In this document: positions 60,780 through 64,000 of the stretch, piece by piece
Layout of the letters: the number at the start of each line of letters is the position of its first letter
How positions within the stretch are numbered: the stretch's first letter is position 1
Assembly (NCBI GenBank): GCA_009103225.1
Contig: RHPI01003578.1
Span: 62,001-126,000 of the forward strand
Origin: Chlorokybus atmophyticus
Lineage: Eukaryota; Plantae; Mesostigma and Chlorokybus algae
Direction of reading: 5' to 3'
DNA length: 64,000 nucleotides
Position numbers and translations under genes: made by a program
Notes under the pieces: model-generated
Seen by the model: the letters and a program-made list of their open reading frames with translations, nothing else
Told to the model about the DNA's origin: nothing
Database searches by the model: none

Positions 60780-61250
60780 CGCGGCCATCTTGTGTGATAT
60801 AACCTTATGCGTCGTGTCCTCTTACAACTTCACCATCCTGGTGTACATCATGCGTGGGGTCTGACCATCCTTGCGCTTGAAGTACATCAGCTCCATCATC
60901 GTTGCAGGTGCCGATTGCGGATACGCCGACGTAAATACCACCATGAACTCCCTCCACGTGCTTCATCCTTCAAGAACTCGAGAATCATCCTGAATGCTTT
61001 ATACTCATTTCATGACTTGTTACATGCTGAGCAGGCGCGGGTTAGCACGTGATAGCTGATCATGCGCCACTCGAACCCATCTGTCAAGTCTTGTAGGTCC
61101 AATATGCCGGGCCAACCACTGAAACGCGAGCCTGCACCCTCTATCTCCGTCTCCAACAAGGTGTCAACGATATCTGGCTGCTCCTCTTCAACGTCCTCGT
61201 CGTCTTTTTTGTCACTGGCTGGCTCCTTCTTGAAGTCCTTCGTTTAGGGA
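60780..61250 (-). pseudogene. Highly degenerate coding remnant, possibly Ty1/Copia gag (UBN2-like)
   Basis: Broken frames reading EYKAFRMILEFLKDE and ELMYFKRKDGQTPRMMYTRMVKL; no LTRs or pol found. Confidence 0.3.
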
Positions 61251-64000
61251 AGTAGGCACCTCTTTTTTGGGCAACTCATCTCTCTCCAAATAGACTTTAT
61301 GCTCCTTTAAACCAAATTGTGACCTTGTTTCCACGGGCAATCCACTTCCGCCACAACCACAAACACCCGTACACCTTAAAGTCAATGAGTCAAGCGCAAG
61401 TAACTAGCGCGTGTCTTTGCCAACCTGGACACAAGCACGGGCTGCTACATGTTCGATTGACATGTGATGCACGGGGAGATGAGGCAAAGTCCGTTCACAA
61501 GGTGTGGCACATGCTCATACACTGCACACAAGCATATCCAAGCATGTGCACAATGAAGGCGAGCACACAACCCAGGCAGCAACCAATCAGGTCTTAAAGC
61601 CTCTCCCAGTAGCTGTATGCTCCCAATAGAACAACTTGTCGTAAATTGGTTCCTCTTACGGCCGACAAAATAATGGCAAGGGCCGTGCACCTGAGGATAT
61701 TCATTTTCACCGTCGTGGCTCAGTCCACCGGTAACCTTGATACAGGGACCTGAGCATAACGACCGTTTTAATCAATCGACGGCCATTTACACAAAGGGCC
61801 TGAGCCTAACTGACAGGTACCTGTCAAGTACCCATTGGTCAAGCAAAAGGGACTTAACTTAACTGACAAGTAATTTATTAGTATCTAACAATTGGGTACC
61901 GGCGACTATACATTAAATGGTTGTGCCTGCCAGGTACCTAATGGTACCTTTATAGTACCGGCCATTATTGATGTTTACCATCAGAGGTACCTGTTGATAC
62001 CGCTCGATTATGATTATGCATCACACAATGATTGTTGTCAACTGTGCAAAACGGTGATAAATAATACATGAATAACGCCAATGAATGCTACAACGTAAAC
62101 TCCACTGAGCTACTACTACTACTACTATTGCTAGTACAACTCAGCTACTACTTCCCATACTAGTACCCTTGTATTAAGCTGCCGCTCTTGCACCGCCCAC
62201 CACTGAAGCTGGCAAATCCGCCGCCGATGTTCCTCGCCCGCCGCCACTCCTGTAAAGCACACAAGGCAATTTTGCAAGCGCAATCAACAGAAACATACAC
62301 ACCTACATGCTGTCGCTTGCCATGTATTGCCACCGCCGCCGCCGCCGCCGCCTAGCCTGGCCCGGCCGCCTAACGGTACAAAGGGTGGTTAGGCTGCCTG
62401 CGCTGTTGCGCATAACACAACGTTATAACATACCGCAACCAAGCTCACCTACTGTTGGCCATTGCCGCCACCGCCGCCGCCACCGCCACCGCCGCTGCTG
62501 CAGCGCAGCTAGCCTAGGGCTGAGCCCCTGCACAACACTCACAAGTCACTTGAGTTAGAAATCAACTTGACTTAAGCCGTTGAGCGTTTAGATTGCTACA
62601 GCAGACACGATAGCACACAATCGTACCATCAAAACGGGACGATTGTACCATCATCACAATGGAAGCATTGTACAATGTCAATGGTACATTTAATGCATCG
62701 TATAAGTCACGACTTGCCGGAAATGCGCAGCGACAAGTAGGAATTGCTGATCACTTGCTTGACGCTAAAAGATCGCTGCCGCGCATGATATGCTACGGTT
62801 AGGTGATGACCGACAGTCAGCCGGCACCACAAGTCACTATAAGGCGACCTGCTTGCCACAACAGGCAGGCCTCTGCAACAGCCAGGCTACGATCGGTCGT
62901 CACCGCAATGTCACGTGCTTGCCATTTTAAGCAAGCCACCGTTGCTTGTACTATCGACCGTCGATTGACCGTGAACAACAGTTCACAATAGCCGATCGCA
63001 AACCCAACAGTCCAAAAGCGACATGTCAGGCATGGTTAGGCATGGTTAGGCACCCATCAGTCCCTCAGTCCCTGGTCAATCATCGTGTAATTTGCCTTGA
63101 AAGGACTTGCGCTCAACTAGCTGCAAAACAAGTCAACGACACTAACATACCCTACTACCATGTCTCTACAACCTCTACAACCGTTTCAACCACTGTAACT
63201 GCCATAACTGCCTTACAACTCCCAAATCAGTCACACACACAACTAGCGGTTTTCAGTTACTGATATGTGGCACATGCGAATTCTACTAGCGTAGTTCAAA
63301 TACGCCTCAATGTGCTGACCGTAACTCTGCCGTAACTCACACAATATGACTCTAAAGCCTTTACAATCGATGTATTGCGCCACTAATACGCACGCGCATG
63401 ACACAGTCCTTCTGCAAGGACACAACAAAGTATTGCAATGCGTTTTTTCTTATATCAGTTTACATGTATGATAAGCGTAATTGCGCGTTAATGTGTGCGC
63501 TGCGTTTCCTCATTAATGTACATTGCTATTTGCAATTGCTCTATGGTTTACATTCATGTACACATACAACACTAAGTGGTAATTGATTATAATGGTGATG
63601 TGATGAATTATTAATAATATCGCTTATTTACATTATCATAAGAAGTGTTACATAATGGAGATAATAATTTCGTGACGATGTATACCATGGTTATGCAGCA
63701 GAATATACCAATCTCGACTATGACATAAAACGTGTAATGTTATAATTATTTACTATTGCAATCATGTGATATATTTGCTAACAAGGTAGTGCTATACGCA
63801 AAGACTTGTCACCGACATAAATGCATACTTGCAACATTGTAAACGTAATACATGTGTGAATTTCACTATGGAGTGGAGCGCGTACTATGATTGCTCCGAT
63901 GACCATAATTATAATTTGTTCAATTGTCATGAATATAAGACAAACCACATAGGTTGCATGTGTTCTTGCTTCTCATGTGCTTAAGAAGCCATCCATTCCT

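Overview
Eukaryotic, GC-rich, intron-rich nuclear DNA. An armadillo-repeat kinesin next to the axonemal gene enkurin suggests a flagellate-capable green-plant lineage, probably a streptophyte alga (inference). Four host genes appear intact: a cytochrome-b5 fusion front-end/sphingolipid desaturase, enkurin, an ARK kinesin and an RGG/SERBP1-type RNA-binding protein. There is also a frameshifted PIG-S copy and several unidentified gene fragments. Transposons are abundant, and most have boundaries readable from the sequence: a decayed Ty3/Gypsy chromovirus (590-7599, CAAAT TSD), a DD35D pogo/Fot1-like element (11068-14688), three different TRIM mini-retroelements (one a tandem LTR-I-LTR-I-LTR array) and a family of CAGTC-ended TA-flanked MITEs. 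The most interesting object is an 8.6-kb Academ (XPG-type)-like DNA transposon (49699-58275, TIRs plus TTGG TSD). It encodes a very large spliced transposase (basic-helix, coiled-coil, DDE-like, XPG-like and Cys8 regions) and, convergently inside its TIRs, a separate 3-exon gene whose product resembles an AlkB-type 2OG-Fe(II) dioxygenase. Homology calls are by-eye motif recognition; no searches were run.
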